DNA from: a candidate division WOR-3 bacterium
GTDB lineage: Bacteria; Hydrothermota; Hydrothermia; UBA1063; CAJXJZ01
Assembly: GCA_026986775.1 (NCBI GenBank)
Contig: JALSNX010000004.1
Span: forward strand, 69,622-133,621
Direction of reading: 5' to 3'
Length of the DNA: 64,000 bases
The notes under the pieces are model-generated. The model saw nothing but the letters and a program-made list of their open reading frames with translations, was not told the origin of the DNA and ran no database searches. The first letter of the stretch is position 1; each line of letters starts with the position of its first letter. A program made the translations under genes and the position numbers. This document shows positions 20,501 through 28,928 of the stretch, one piece after another.

Positions 20501-22949
20501 TGATAGTGTTTATGAGAATAAGTGGCAGGATGCAGTGGGAAAGACAGCAGAGTGGAAGTTTAAGGTACCTTATGGGATTCCCAATGTGTATGTCACCTGT
20601 CTTCTTGTTAGAAATCAGGGTAATTATCTTTTAAGGCGGGCTTTTGGCATAAAAAAACTCAGAATAAGGCCATCAAGGTTGAAATTAAACGTTGCTCTGA
20701 ATGTGCCTTCTAAAGTTAAATCAGGAGATTATATTGATATTGTGCTGAAGGGTGATGAAGAATTTTATGCGACTGTTTCTGTTGTTGACGAGGGTATTTT
20801 AAGTGTAACAGATTTTAAAACACCATCACCTGTTGAAGGCATTCTCAGGGATATAAGGCTGCTTCTTAGAACATCTGAGACCTTTGGATGGTTTTCTCCG
20901 GGGTATCTTGGTACGGGAGGCGGTTATGGAAGTAAAGAGTCTTCCGAACTTAAACCGAGATTCTTTACCACTGTAACGTATTTCTCGGGGCTTAGAAAAA
21001 GCAAAAACAGACTGATTAAACTGCGTGTTCCAACAGGTTCCTATCAGGGAAAAGTGAGGGTGATGGTTCAGGCCTTTAACAAAAACAAAATGACAAAACT
21101 TGAAAAGGATATTACTGTCAGTGATGATGTTATAGTTTTTGTTACCATGCCAAGATTTTTGTGTGCAAATGATACGTTCTTTTTGCCAGTAACTTTGATG
21201 AATACACAGGATGAGACAAAAGATGTATCACTCAAGGTGAAGTCTTCTCAGATTTATATAGGTAATTATCCCCACAGATTAAAACTCAAACCGAAAGGGA
21301 AAAAGACAGTGAGCATTAAGAGTTTTATAGGTGATGTTTCGGACAGTGCAACGTTAACTGTGAATGTCAATTTTGATAACGGTACATTTAAAGATAGATT
21401 CGTGGTGCCCGTGTATCCTGACAGACCCTATTTAACTGAAACCAGAACATATAAAATTAATCGGAAAGAAAGTACAAATATTGACAGTTTGCTTTCAGGG
21501 TTTTACAGAAAAGGTCATTTTGTGGACCTTTATCTTACCAGGAGTCCCATTTTGAGAGGACTATATACAGGCAGAGAACTCATTGGCTATCCTTATGGAT
21601 GTGTGGAACAGACATCTTCAAAACTCTATGTCCTCGTTGCTCTTTCGCCATATATTGATCTTTTCGGTAAAAGTTATTCAAAGAGCGATATTGACGATTA
21701 CATAAACTATGGAATATCACGTCTTATGACTATGCAGCTTTGGACAGGTGCCTTTGCCTTCTGGCCGGGGGGACATAGGGTTTACAAGGGATTTTCAGGT
21801 TACGCCCCCCTTGTGCTTGAGATTGCAAAAGAGCATGGATACTATGTTCCCGAACATGTTTTGAGTTCTGCTTACAATTATCTCAAAGACAATGAAATGG
21901 ACATTGGACTTTCCCTTTATGCCCTCGCTCATGGAGGCAAACTGAACAGTATCCCGGGCGGACTGGAGGCTGCAAAAAGACTGTTTAACAGGTCCCGGTA
22001 CTTACCTGATAAACTCTGGTCAATACTTGCTCTTTACGAGAGTGGAAAGGTTGAACTTGCAAGAGAGTATTTTGAAGACATAATGAAAACACAGATAAAA
22101 AACAGAGCCTTCTGGATACCTTATTGTTATGTTTATTATACCCCTCTTTTTGATAATGCATTAAAGTTCTATACAGCACAGAAACTTGAAATGCAGGAAA
22201 GTGTGATAGACTCTCTTGGATTTGTCGTGGATTCTCTTTTAAGGATAAAACCACCTTATATGAGATCAACACAGGAGATAATCTGGTCATTGTTGGGTAT
22301 AAGCGAGTATGCTAAAAAAGTTAATTTGAATCCGCCAGAGGCTGTGGTTTATGATGGAAAAAGAACTTATAAAGGCAAGAACATTAACAGCATGCTCCAT
22401 TTTAAACTCTCCAATCCTCCAGAAAGAGGTATAAGCATAAGGGCAAGCGATACAGGATACTATCTCATTGTTCAGAATACAGGGTTTAAAAAACATGGAG
22501 TTTTCAAAGAAGAATACAGTGGCCTTCTCATATCCAGCAGGCTGTTTACCTATAGTGGTAAGGCACTGGGAGATTCTATAATACCGAAGCCGGGGGATCT
22601 GGTAATTATGCAGGTTTCATGGCGTTCTCAAAAGGGCTGGATGAAAAATGTTGCCATTGAAGTTCCCATACCTGCTGGTATGGAAATTGAAAATCCAAGA
22701 CTCACTAAAGAAAGCCTTCCTTCCTGGACCAGAAGATACAGATGGAGTATTGCACACCCGGACTATGTTGATATAAGAGACGACAGGGTCATTATTTTCA
22801 CTGATGCCTATGATGGTACACAAATGTATTTTTTGCTTCTTCGTGCCAATCTTAAAGGTAGTTTCTTTATGTCACCTGTAAGAGGTGTGGTAATGTACAG
22901 GCCAACAATTTACTACAATGGAGTTCCCGGGAGGATTCATATACAATAA
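17583..22949 (+). CDS. bacterial alpha-2-macroglobulin family protein (thioester-containing)
   Basis: 1788 aa with an N-terminal membrane anchor. Thioester motif GCVEQ at about nt 21598-21612 (YPYGCVEQTSS). Classic pairing with pbpC downstream. Confidence 0.9.
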   Translation: MSRFFKVLIGISGLLSLFLIIYILLSSKNTRKNSTYSVTSQFETVSTESNSVSFVGFKGQDERAGFYFNTSGDVVSKTLTGEVIPYNEVRACIKTNPEIKGHLEWVDEEDFVYYLDAEIELPLTVKFTVSCIPVSSGIKVDVEKKTFNLSVGVLNHLWVDYISFGKARVNLSFVLPLKDTTKAKEFISLVSEAGKVEPARIYWISERLLALDIDLSDTSLFRGNVVIDKGLQFKGNVKSREKIVRKVKIMPLHGYLWVQSVSFKRQNEGGYLVCQFKGQGGAILHLGKNIKDYIRIEPEIDFKVTVLDNRVFINAGFEPGQEYTLTIKKGLVSEEGFALQNDYIKTFRVPLPEAKLRFLVRGLYVGRKKDIKIPFAIRRIKNLRMRVAWMPPEHIPFYYFAGDGSVYNFYKFGKDIARDVKLPYANKGYHERVENLNLSRMVKLDKPGIYKITLTGDVTGSKYRYTESSSVVVSITDLALVAKYYDKKLYVWVFDADKLSPISGAELTAYSPNGFIIGKMKSNKSGMAILKEQDSDLEPYLVTVKSGARWSFIPLIQTQIGTEKYDVAGMYEKTPYSAFIYSQRDLYRPGDTVDFNVIVRKVGLYNGVSIPVIVNLKDPRGKLVRKYTGTTDESGYFGGKYISNPTSPTGRYSVELYIGGKFYTSEFINIETFVPERMTISIDVRDKIIGDSIYGKLSAMYLFGSPCAGLKYNLEIYGKSERYRSLKYRDYTFGIPQNTEEMQYLDAVSGTLDEKGEARMHFGLKEYIKERSNPFRVRIISSVNESTSGRGAEKTKDVVVYSSPYYVGLKSNKKAYSEGDDVKIDGVLVSPTDTLYSGTKYVRVTLYKLYWVYSYYYDDYDYQDELRWDRWQKMMPVFSLDSVPVKDGRFSFTFKYPEGWEDYVVEAKTPSGIKARKLLANESWWWYSMEENEVESPEYLDIVLEKDTADEDEIIIAKVKLPFEGKILWALELDSVYENKWQDAVGKTAEWKFKVPYGIPNVYVTCLLVRNQGNYLLRRAFGIKKLRIRPSRLKLNVALNVPSKVKSGDYIDIVLKGDEEFYATVSVVDEGILSVTDFKTPSPVEGILRDIRLLLRTSETFGWFSPGYLGTGGGYGSKESSELKPRFFTTVTYFSGLRKSKNRLIKLRVPTGSYQGKVRVMVQAFNKNKMTKLEKDITVSDDVIVFVTMPRFLCANDTFFLPVTLMNTQDETKDVSLKVKSSQIYIGNYPHRLKLKPKGKKTVSIKSFIGDVSDSATLTVNVNFDNGTFKDRFVVPVYPDRPYLTETRTYKINRKESTNIDSLLSGFYRKGHFVDLYLTRSPILRGLYTGRELIGYPYGCVEQTSSKLYVLVALSPYIDLFGKSYSKSDIDDYINYGISRLMTMQLWTGAFAFWPGGHRVYKGFSGYAPLVLEIAKEHGYYVPEHVLSSAYNYLKDNEMDIGLSLYALAHGGKLNSIPGGLEAAKRLFNRSRYLPDKLWSILALYESGKVELAREYFEDIMKTQIKNRAFWIPYCYVYYTPLFDNALKFYTAQKLEMQESVIDSLGFVVDSLLRIKPPYMRSTQEIIWSLLGISEYAKKVNLNPPEAVVYDGKRTYKGKNINSMLHFKLSNPPERGISIRASDTGYYLIVQNTGFKKHGVFKEEYSGLLISSRLFTYSGKALGDSIIPKPGDLVIMQVSWRSQKGWMKNVAIEVPIPAGMEIENPRLTKESLPSWTRRYRWSIAHPDYVDIRDDRVIIFTDAYDGTQMYFLLLRANLKGSFFMSPVRGVVMYRPTIYYNGVPGRIHIQ

Positions 22950-25251
22950 AAAAGGGCATCTCCCGTTCTTTTTGATAATTGCGCCTCTTTTCTTGTACCT
23001 TATTCTGATATTTGTAATTCCGCTTCCAAGAAGGGCAATTTATGTCCCATACGGCAGAATAGTCCGCTATCGTGATGGAAGAATAATGAGGATGTATGTG
23101 TCTTCTGATGAAAAGTGGAGATTTTATGTGCCACTTGATTCTATTTCACCGATACTTATAAAAACAACCCTTGCTTATGAGGATAGACACTTTTTCTGGC
23201 ATTTGGGTATAAATCCCCTTACCATATTAAGAGCCCTGATTGTCAATGTGAGGCATGGGAGGATTGTTCAGGGCGGCTCAACATTGAGTATGCAGCTTGC
23301 AAGGATTATGGAGCCAAAGAAAAGAACCATCTGGGCGAAACTCGTGGAGGCATTCAGAGCAAATCAAATGGAAATAAGATTGGGCAAAAGACGTATCCTT
23401 GAACTTTATTTCAATCTTGCGCCCTACGGTGGGAATGTTGAAGGCATTAAGGCTGCATCGCTTTTCTATCTTGGTAAATCTCCAGAAGATATAAACACAT
23501 TTGAGGCCGCTTTTCTGGTGGCAATACCCCAGTCCCCCACGGAGAGGATGCCCCTGCCACATAACAGACACAGGATAAAGAAGGCTGTGAAAAAGGTTCT
23601 TTCTGCAATGCTGAAAGATGGCATCATAGACAGAAGGTCCTTTATGGAGATGATAGGGCGAGAGCCCGTTTTTTATGTTAGAAAGCCCATTATTGAAGCA
23701 CCTCATGCAGCAGATTTTATAAAGATGCTTTATCCAGATTCCCTTGATATAGTAAGTTCCATAGATAGAACTGTGCAGAAAAAGGCTGAAGGCATTTTAA
23801 ACTCTTATGCGGATTATCTCAAGAGTCATAGGGCAGAAGATGCAAGTATTGTGGTAATAGAGAACTCCACAAGAAAAGTTAGGGCGATTGTGGGTTCGCT
23901 TGACTATTTTGACAGAAGAGATGGGCAGGTTCTGGGATTTTACAGTTTCCGCTCCCCAGGCTCAGCGTTAAAGCCATTTTTATATACCCTCGCACTGGAA
24001 AAAGGGATAATTACGTCAGAAAGTCTCCTTCCAGATGCTCCTCTACAATTTGGAGATTTTTCACCGGAGGATTTTGATGAAAAATACAGGGGGCTTGTCA
24101 CGGCAGAATACGCCCTTTCTCATTCATTAAATATTCCCTTTGTTTATTTACTCCGTCTTGTGGGTTATAAGAGTTTCATAAAGATTCTGAATAGAGGTGG
24201 ACTTAAGGAAATGAAAAGAGGAAGATATTATGGTCTTCCTGTCATTACAGGTGCAAGGGAGGTAAGACTCATAGACCTTACCAATCTCTATGTTAGTCTC
24301 GCAAGAGGGGGAATGCATGGAAAATATATTTTACTTGAACATGAAAAACTCAATAAAGAATTCCCACTCTTTAAGAGCGGAGCCGTTTACATAACTTTAA
24401 AAGCGCTTTCTCTTCGTAACAGACCCGATAAGCCCGTGCTGGGAAATCTCATAAGAGAAGAATACGGTCCTGTTTACTGGAAGACAGGCACTTCGTGGGG
24501 AAGGAGGGATGCACTCTCAATAGGATTTAGAGAACATTATACAGTGGGTGTGTGGAGTGGAAACTTTGATGGTAGAGGTTTTAGAGATATAGTTGGCGCC
24601 ATACTTTCTGCTCCCATAATGTTTGATATTTTAAAAGCCATTGATGGAGGATACTTTATCGGGAATTTTTCCTGGACAGAGAAAGCACTTTCTGAAATTA
24701 CGCTGTTTGATGTCTGTGCTTTTTCCGGATACAGGCCCACTAAATACTGCAGAAAGCATAAAAAGGTAATGGTGCTCAAAAGCCAGTTGCCCTATAGATT
24801 ATGTCCCTACCATAAACTTTACAGAATTGAAAAACAAACAGGATACAGGGCGTGTCCGGAGAAACATTACAGAAAGGGAGAACTCATAGATAGCATCTTT
24901 CTTGTGCTTCCACAGCCTGCACGAAAGATTTTTGGGAAGTCTTATGCACCACCTTCCTTTGGGCCCGATTGCAGGCTCGTAACGGATAAAAAGGGGTTTT
25001 ATATAGCAAGTCCCGAGAACAATGCCCATTATTTTATTGAAAAAGACGTAAATTTTCAACAGGGTATTCCTCTAATTGCCTATACTGATAGCAAAAATCC
25101 AGAAATCTCATGGTTTGTTGATGGTGAATTTTACGGTAAAAGTAAAAGTGGAGAGGCTTTAAAACTCATAATTAACAGCGGCAGCCATACAGTTTACGCT
25201 CAGGACATGGATGGAAGAAGTGCCTCTGTTGATATTACTGTCAATAAGTGA
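22918..25251 (+). CDS. pbpC: penicillin-binding protein 1C (transglycosylase/transpeptidase)
   Basis: GT51 motifs (AYEDRHFFWHLGINP, GGSTLSMQLAR), a transpeptidase domain and a C-terminal PBP1C-type domain. Overlaps the A2M 3' end. Confidence 0.9.
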   Translation: MEFPGGFIYNKKGHLPFFLIIAPLFLYLILIFVIPLPRRAIYVPYGRIVRYRDGRIMRMYVSSDEKWRFYVPLDSISPILIKTTLAYEDRHFFWHLGINPLTILRALIVNVRHGRIVQGGSTLSMQLARIMEPKKRTIWAKLVEAFRANQMEIRLGKRRILELYFNLAPYGGNVEGIKAASLFYLGKSPEDINTFEAAFLVAIPQSPTERMPLPHNRHRIKKAVKKVLSAMLKDGIIDRRSFMEMIGREPVFYVRKPIIEAPHAADFIKMLYPDSLDIVSSIDRTVQKKAEGILNSYADYLKSHRAEDASIVVIENSTRKVRAIVGSLDYFDRRDGQVLGFYSFRSPGSALKPFLYTLALEKGIITSESLLPDAPLQFGDFSPEDFDEKYRGLVTAEYALSHSLNIPFVYLLRLVGYKSFIKILNRGGLKEMKRGRYYGLPVITGAREVRLIDLTNLYVSLARGGMHGKYILLEHEKLNKEFPLFKSGAVYITLKALSLRNRPDKPVLGNLIREEYGPVYWKTGTSWGRRDALSIGFREHYTVGVWSGNFDGRGFRDIVGAILSAPIMFDILKAIDGGYFIGNFSWTEKALSEITLFDVCAFSGYRPTKYCRKHKKVMVLKSQLPYRLCPYHKLYRIEKQTGYRACPEKHYRKGELIDSIFLVLPQPARKIFGKSYAPPSFGPDCRLVTDKKGFYIASPENNAHYFIEKDVNFQQGIPLIAYTDSKNPEISWFVDGEFYGKSKSGEALKLIINSGSHTVYAQDMDGRSASVDITVNK

Positions 25252-25253
25252 AT

Positions 25254-26327
25254 TTAACCCACATTCAGCAAAAATGCCTCTATAAATCCGTCAAGGTCTC
25301 CGTCCATAACAGCGTCAACATTACCGGTTTCATAACCCGTTCTGTGGTCTTTTACCATTTTATAAGGATGCATAACATAGGACCTTATCTGATGTCCCCA
25401 TGCAATATCACCCTTTTCTTTTTCAATATCCCCCATCTTTTCTTTCTCCTCCTGAAGTTTCAACTCATAAAGCCTTGAACGCAGAATTTTCAAAGCAGTC
25501 TGCTTGTTCTGAAACTGTGAGCGCTCTGACTGACATGTAACAACAATGCCTGTTGGTATGTGCGTTATTCTAACTGCTGTTTCGTTTTTCTGCATGTGCT
25601 GACCACCGGGACCGGATGAACGGAAGGTATCAATTTTAAGTTCATCCTCCTTTATTTCCACCTCCACATCCTCTGCTTCAGGATAAACAAACACAGAGGC
25701 AAAGGACGTATGTCTCCTTCTTGAGGCATCAAATGGAGAGATTCTCACTAATCTGTGAACACCTCTTTCCGCCTTTAAATACCCATAAGCATAGGGCCCC
25801 TCTACAAGTATTGTAACATCCTTTATTCCTGCCTCATCACCGGGCTGAAAGTTCAATATTTTGTGTTTGTAACCCTTTCTCTCTATCCATCTCAAATACA
25901 TGCGCATAAGCATCTGTGCCCAATCCTGTGATTCTGTGCCACCTGCACCGGGATGAATGGACAAAATAGCGTTCTTTTTATCCTCCGGCCTTTTGAGTGT
26001 GGCTTTTATTTTGAGGTCTTTTAGTAACTTTTCAAAGTCTTTGATTTCTTTTTCGTATTCCTCTGCAAGTTCCTCGTCTTCGTCCTTCATCTCCTCCAAT
26101 TCCAGAAGGTACTGCAGTTTTTCATCCATTTCCTCGTATTCTCTTATCTCATCGGACAGGTTTTTGTACTCAATGTTTATTCTTCTTGCCCTTTCCTGGT
26201 CCTTCCATATATTAGGATCTTCCCGCTTTTTCTCAAGTTCAGCAAGTTTCTTTCTTTTATCCTCTATTCTTGCAAACCTTCTCAGTTTTTCGTACTCTTC
26301 TTTTAAGTGCTCAAGACGGTTTTCCAT
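25254..26327 (-). CDS. prfB: peptide chain release factor 2 (contiguous ORF, no programmed frameshift)
   Basis: SPF tripeptide (RISPFDASRRRHTSF) and GGQ (SGPGGQHMQKNETAVRITH). The N-terminus reads through where E. coli carries the CUU UGA C shift site. Confidence 0.9.
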   Translation of the reverse strand: MENRLEHLKEEYEKLRRFARIEDKRKKLAELEKKREDPNIWKDQERARRINIEYKNLSDEIREYEEMDEKLQYLLELEEMKDEDEELAEEYEKEIKDFEKLLKDLKIKATLKRPEDKKNAILSIHPGAGGTESQDWAQMLMRMYLRWIERKGYKHKILNFQPGDEAGIKDVTILVEGPYAYGYLKAERGVHRLVRISPFDASRRRHTSFASVFVYPEAEDVEVEIKEDELKIDTFRSSGPGGQHMQKNETAVRITHIPTGIVVTCQSERSQFQNKQTALKILRSRLYELKLQEEKEKMGDIEKEKGDIAWGHQIRSYVMHPYKMVKDHRTGYETGNVDAVMDGDLDGFIEAFLLNVG

Positions 26328-26328
26328 T

Positions 26329-26784
26329 TTATCTTGATACTATTTCTATTACAACTTCCCTGTCTTTAATGTCAATGCTCTTTATTTTAAGGTCTTCTCT
26401 TATATCCTTTGCGGCGTTGTAAATAAGGTCCTGCGGGATAATAAGCGTGTTATTCTTGAGTATAATCGGTTTGAGCCTCTCCATGCCAAAGGTTGATACA
26501 AAGGATAAAAGTGCCTGGTTCATTTCAAGGGGTATAACAATCTCTTCATCACGAACAATGGGGGTCTTGAGTGTAATGTTAACAGGTACGAGGCTTGAAC
26601 CCGTAATATTTATGGCACCTTCTTTTACCTTAACCTGAATCTGAGTCATGTAATAACTCAGAAATGGATTGAGGACATGCTGAAGGAAGTCCTCAGGTAA
26701 GCGTATGAGAAAACGTCCTTCCTCGGCAATTTTGTGATACACATATGAAAGAATGCCGTCTCTCAGTCTTGTTTTAAATGCCAT
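26329..26784 (-). CDS. hypothetical protein (151 aa), translationally coupled between the aminotransferase gene and prfB
   Basis: Good ORF co-oriented with and overlapping both neighbours; I recognise no family. Confidence 0.5.
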   Translation of the reverse strand: MAFKTRLRDGILSYVYHKIAEEGRFLIRLPEDFLQHVLNPFLSYYMTQIQVKVKEGAINITGSSLVPVNITLKTPIVRDEEIVIPLEMNQALLSFVSTFGMERLKPIILKNNTLIIPQDLIYNAAKDIREDLKIKSIDIKDREVVIEIVSR

Positions 26785-27949
26785 GGTAAAATTCCTTTAT
26801 TTTTTCAACCACATAGTCCTGTTCTAAAGAAGTCAAAAACGGATGCATTGGAAGGGCAAGCACCTTTTTGCAGAGACTCTCTGTTACAGGAAGTTCACCT
26901 TCTCTATATCCAAGACTTTCAAAGCACTTCTGCATGTGAAGCCCCACAGGATAATAAACGTTTGTACCTATTCCCTTTTCCTTGAGGAAGTCTTTTAACT
27001 CATCCCGTTTTTCTGCTCGTATGACAAACTGATTCCAGACGTGTTTTGTAACCTTTTCGTGTGTCTCTGGCAGTTTTACAAATTCCAGAAGGCCTTTTTC
27101 TTCAAAGAGTTTCATGTATCTTGATGCATTTTCTGCACGTTTTCGTGCAAATTCATCAAGGAAATTGAATTTAACGAGCAGAATTGCCGCATGTATCTCA
27201 TCAAGTCTTGAATTTATACCTACGTAGGTATGATGGTATCTTTTCTCCGCCCCATGAACTCGGAGAATTTTCACCATGTGGTCAAGATGTTCGTTGTCTG
27301 TGACCACCATACCACCATCACCGTATGTTCCGAGGTTTTTGGTGGGAAAGAAGGAGTATATACCAAGGTCTCCAAAAGAGCAGACTTTTTTACCGTTGTA
27401 TTCAGCGCCTATGGACTGAGCCGCATCCTCTATGACACGCAGATTATACCTTCTGGCAATGTCCATTATTTTGTCCATCTCTGCACTCTGACCGAAAAGA
27501 TGCACGGGAATAATGGCTCTTACTTTGATTTCTTTACCTTTGTGGTTTATAACAGTTCCATCTTCTTCTATTTTACCGTTCTCAAGTATGTTTTCTATGG
27601 CAACAGGGGATATATTATAAGTTTTCTCATCTATATCCACAAAGATGGGAATACCACCAAGTCTGAAGGCTGCACTTGCAGTTGCAAAGAATGTAAACGG
27701 TGTGGTTATAACACCTTCGTTCTCTTTAAGATTTATAGCCATAAGAGACAGAAGAAGTGCATCACTTCCAGAAGCCACGCCTTTCGCAAATTTCACGCCG
27801 GTGTAGGAAGCAATCTTTTCCTCAAGTTCTTTAACATGTGGACCTAAAATATACCGTCCCGATTTCATAACCTTTATGACAGCCTCTTTCACCCTGTCCT
27901 CTATTAAAGCATACTCCCTTGTTAAGTCTATCTGGGGTACCCGCATCAC
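26774..27949 (-). CDS. DegT/DnrJ/EryC1/StrS-family PLP-dependent sugar aminotransferase
   Basis: N-terminal VPQIDLTREYALIEDRVKEAV...GRYILGP and the family's typical lysine region; 391 aa. Confidence 0.9.
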   Translation of the reverse strand: MMRVPQIDLTREYALIEDRVKEAVIKVMKSGRYILGPHVKELEEKIASYTGVKFAKGVASGSDALLLSLMAINLKENEGVITTPFTFFATASAAFRLGGIPIFVDIDEKTYNISPVAIENILENGKIEEDGTVINHKGKEIKVRAIIPVHLFGQSAEMDKIMDIARRYNLRVIEDAAQSIGAEYNGKKVCSFGDLGIYSFFPTKNLGTYGDGGMVVTDNEHLDHMVKILRVHGAEKRYHHTYVGINSRLDEIHAAILLVKFNFLDEFARKRAENASRYMKLFEEKGLLEFVKLPETHEKVTKHVWNQFVIRAEKRDELKDFLKEKGIGTNVYYPVGLHMQKCFESLGYREGELPVTESLCKKVLALPMHPFLTSLEQDYVVEKIKEFYHGI

Positions 27950-28064
27950 ATCCTCCTTATTGTATATTTAGAATTATCAGGCAAATCTGAAAGATACGCA
28001 ACGATTGCCCGAATAGAAAAACTTTCAACCATCCCCTGAATATGCACACGAAGTGTTCCAGTTT

Positions 28065-28081
28065 TTACATACTGTGCACAA
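28065..28081 (+). promoter_or_regulatory. 7-3-7 palindrome TGCACAA-TTT-TTGTGCA (NtrC-like operator/enhancer half-site pair)
   Basis: Perfect inverted repeat. Matches the NtrC consensus TGCACCA-N3-TGGTGCA at 15/17 positions. About 18 bp upstream of the sigma-54 -24 element. Confidence 0.5.
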
Positions 28082-28096
28082 TTTTTGTGCATATTA

Positions 28097-28113
28097 AGGG
28101 CTTTTTCTGGCAT
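28097..28113 (+). promoter_or_regulatory. sigma-54 (-24/-12) promoter CTGGCAT-N5-TTGCA
   Basis: GG at 28099-28100 and GC at 28111-28112 with exact 12-nt offset, matching TGGCAY-N5-TTGCW. About 38 nt upstream of the 28152 start. Confidence 0.55.
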
Positions 28114-28151
28114 AAATGTTGCAACATTGTAGGTGAAAAAGGAGGAATAAG

Positions 28152-28925
28152 ATGAAGGTATTGAAGATGGTCTTTATAGCAGGGGTAATAGGGTTTCTTG
28201 GGTGTCACAGGACAACCTATCCACTCCTTCCACCATCTGATGTGGAGAGCATAAGCTCTGACAATGAAATTATACTTCTGTGGTCAGATGTTGATAATCC
28301 CCATGTTGTCTCCTACAGGATATACAGAAGTGACAGGCCATACGGTTATTTTGAGTTAATAGACGAGGTTACCACAAACTCCTATGTTGACAGGGATGTG
28401 GTAAATGGAACAACATACTATTATGCACTATCAAGTGTTGACGAGTATGGAAATGAAAGCGACCTCACATCCTATCCCATATTTGATACACCGAGACCAG
28501 AAAGGCATAATCAGAGGGTCTTTTCATATTCTTACTCCCATGATACTCTTGGATATTCAGGATACCTTCTTTCCGAATTTACGCCTGTCAGAATGGATGA
28601 AGGGGATTTCTACTTTACCTATGAAAACGGCGTGCCCATGATAATCTGTGCTCCATCCACATACATACAGGACCTTGGTGAAACAGAGGACTTAACGGAT
28701 ATTAACTGGGCACCTGAAGATGGATGGACACAGGGGAGAGTTCAGGCTTTTTCAGGTCATTCCTATGTTATATGGACACAGGATAACCACTTTGCTCAGA
28801 TAAGGATACTGAGCATTACAGATGAATATATGCTCTTTGATGTTGCATACCAGACTGACCCCGGCAATCATGAACTTTCAATAAGTAAAAGCAAAACACT
28901 TATAATCAGGAAAACAGGGAGGTGA
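28152..28925 (+). CDS. lipoprotein with fibronectin type III-like domain
   Basis: Signal peptide with lipobox FLGC. FN3-like block VVSYRIYRSD...NGTTYYYALSSVDEYGNES. GGAGG Shine-Dalgarno. Confidence 0.7.
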   Translation: MKVLKMVFIAGVIGFLGCHRTTYPLLPPSDVESISSDNEIILLWSDVDNPHVVSYRIYRSDRPYGYFELIDEVTTNSYVDRDVVNGTTYYYALSSVDEYGNESDLTSYPIFDTPRPERHNQRVFSYSYSHDTLGYSGYLLSEFTPVRMDEGDFYFTYENGVPMIICAPSTYIQDLGETEDLTDINWAPEDGWTQGRVQAFSGHSYVIWTQDNHFAQIRILSITDEYMLFDVAYQTDPGNHELSISKSKTLIIRKTGR

Positions 28926-28928
28926 GTT

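Noticed and set aside
25957-26337. 126-aa Ser-rich ORF antisense to prfB
   Set aside because: Mirror image of the Glu/Lys-rich RF2 N-terminus; compositional artefact.
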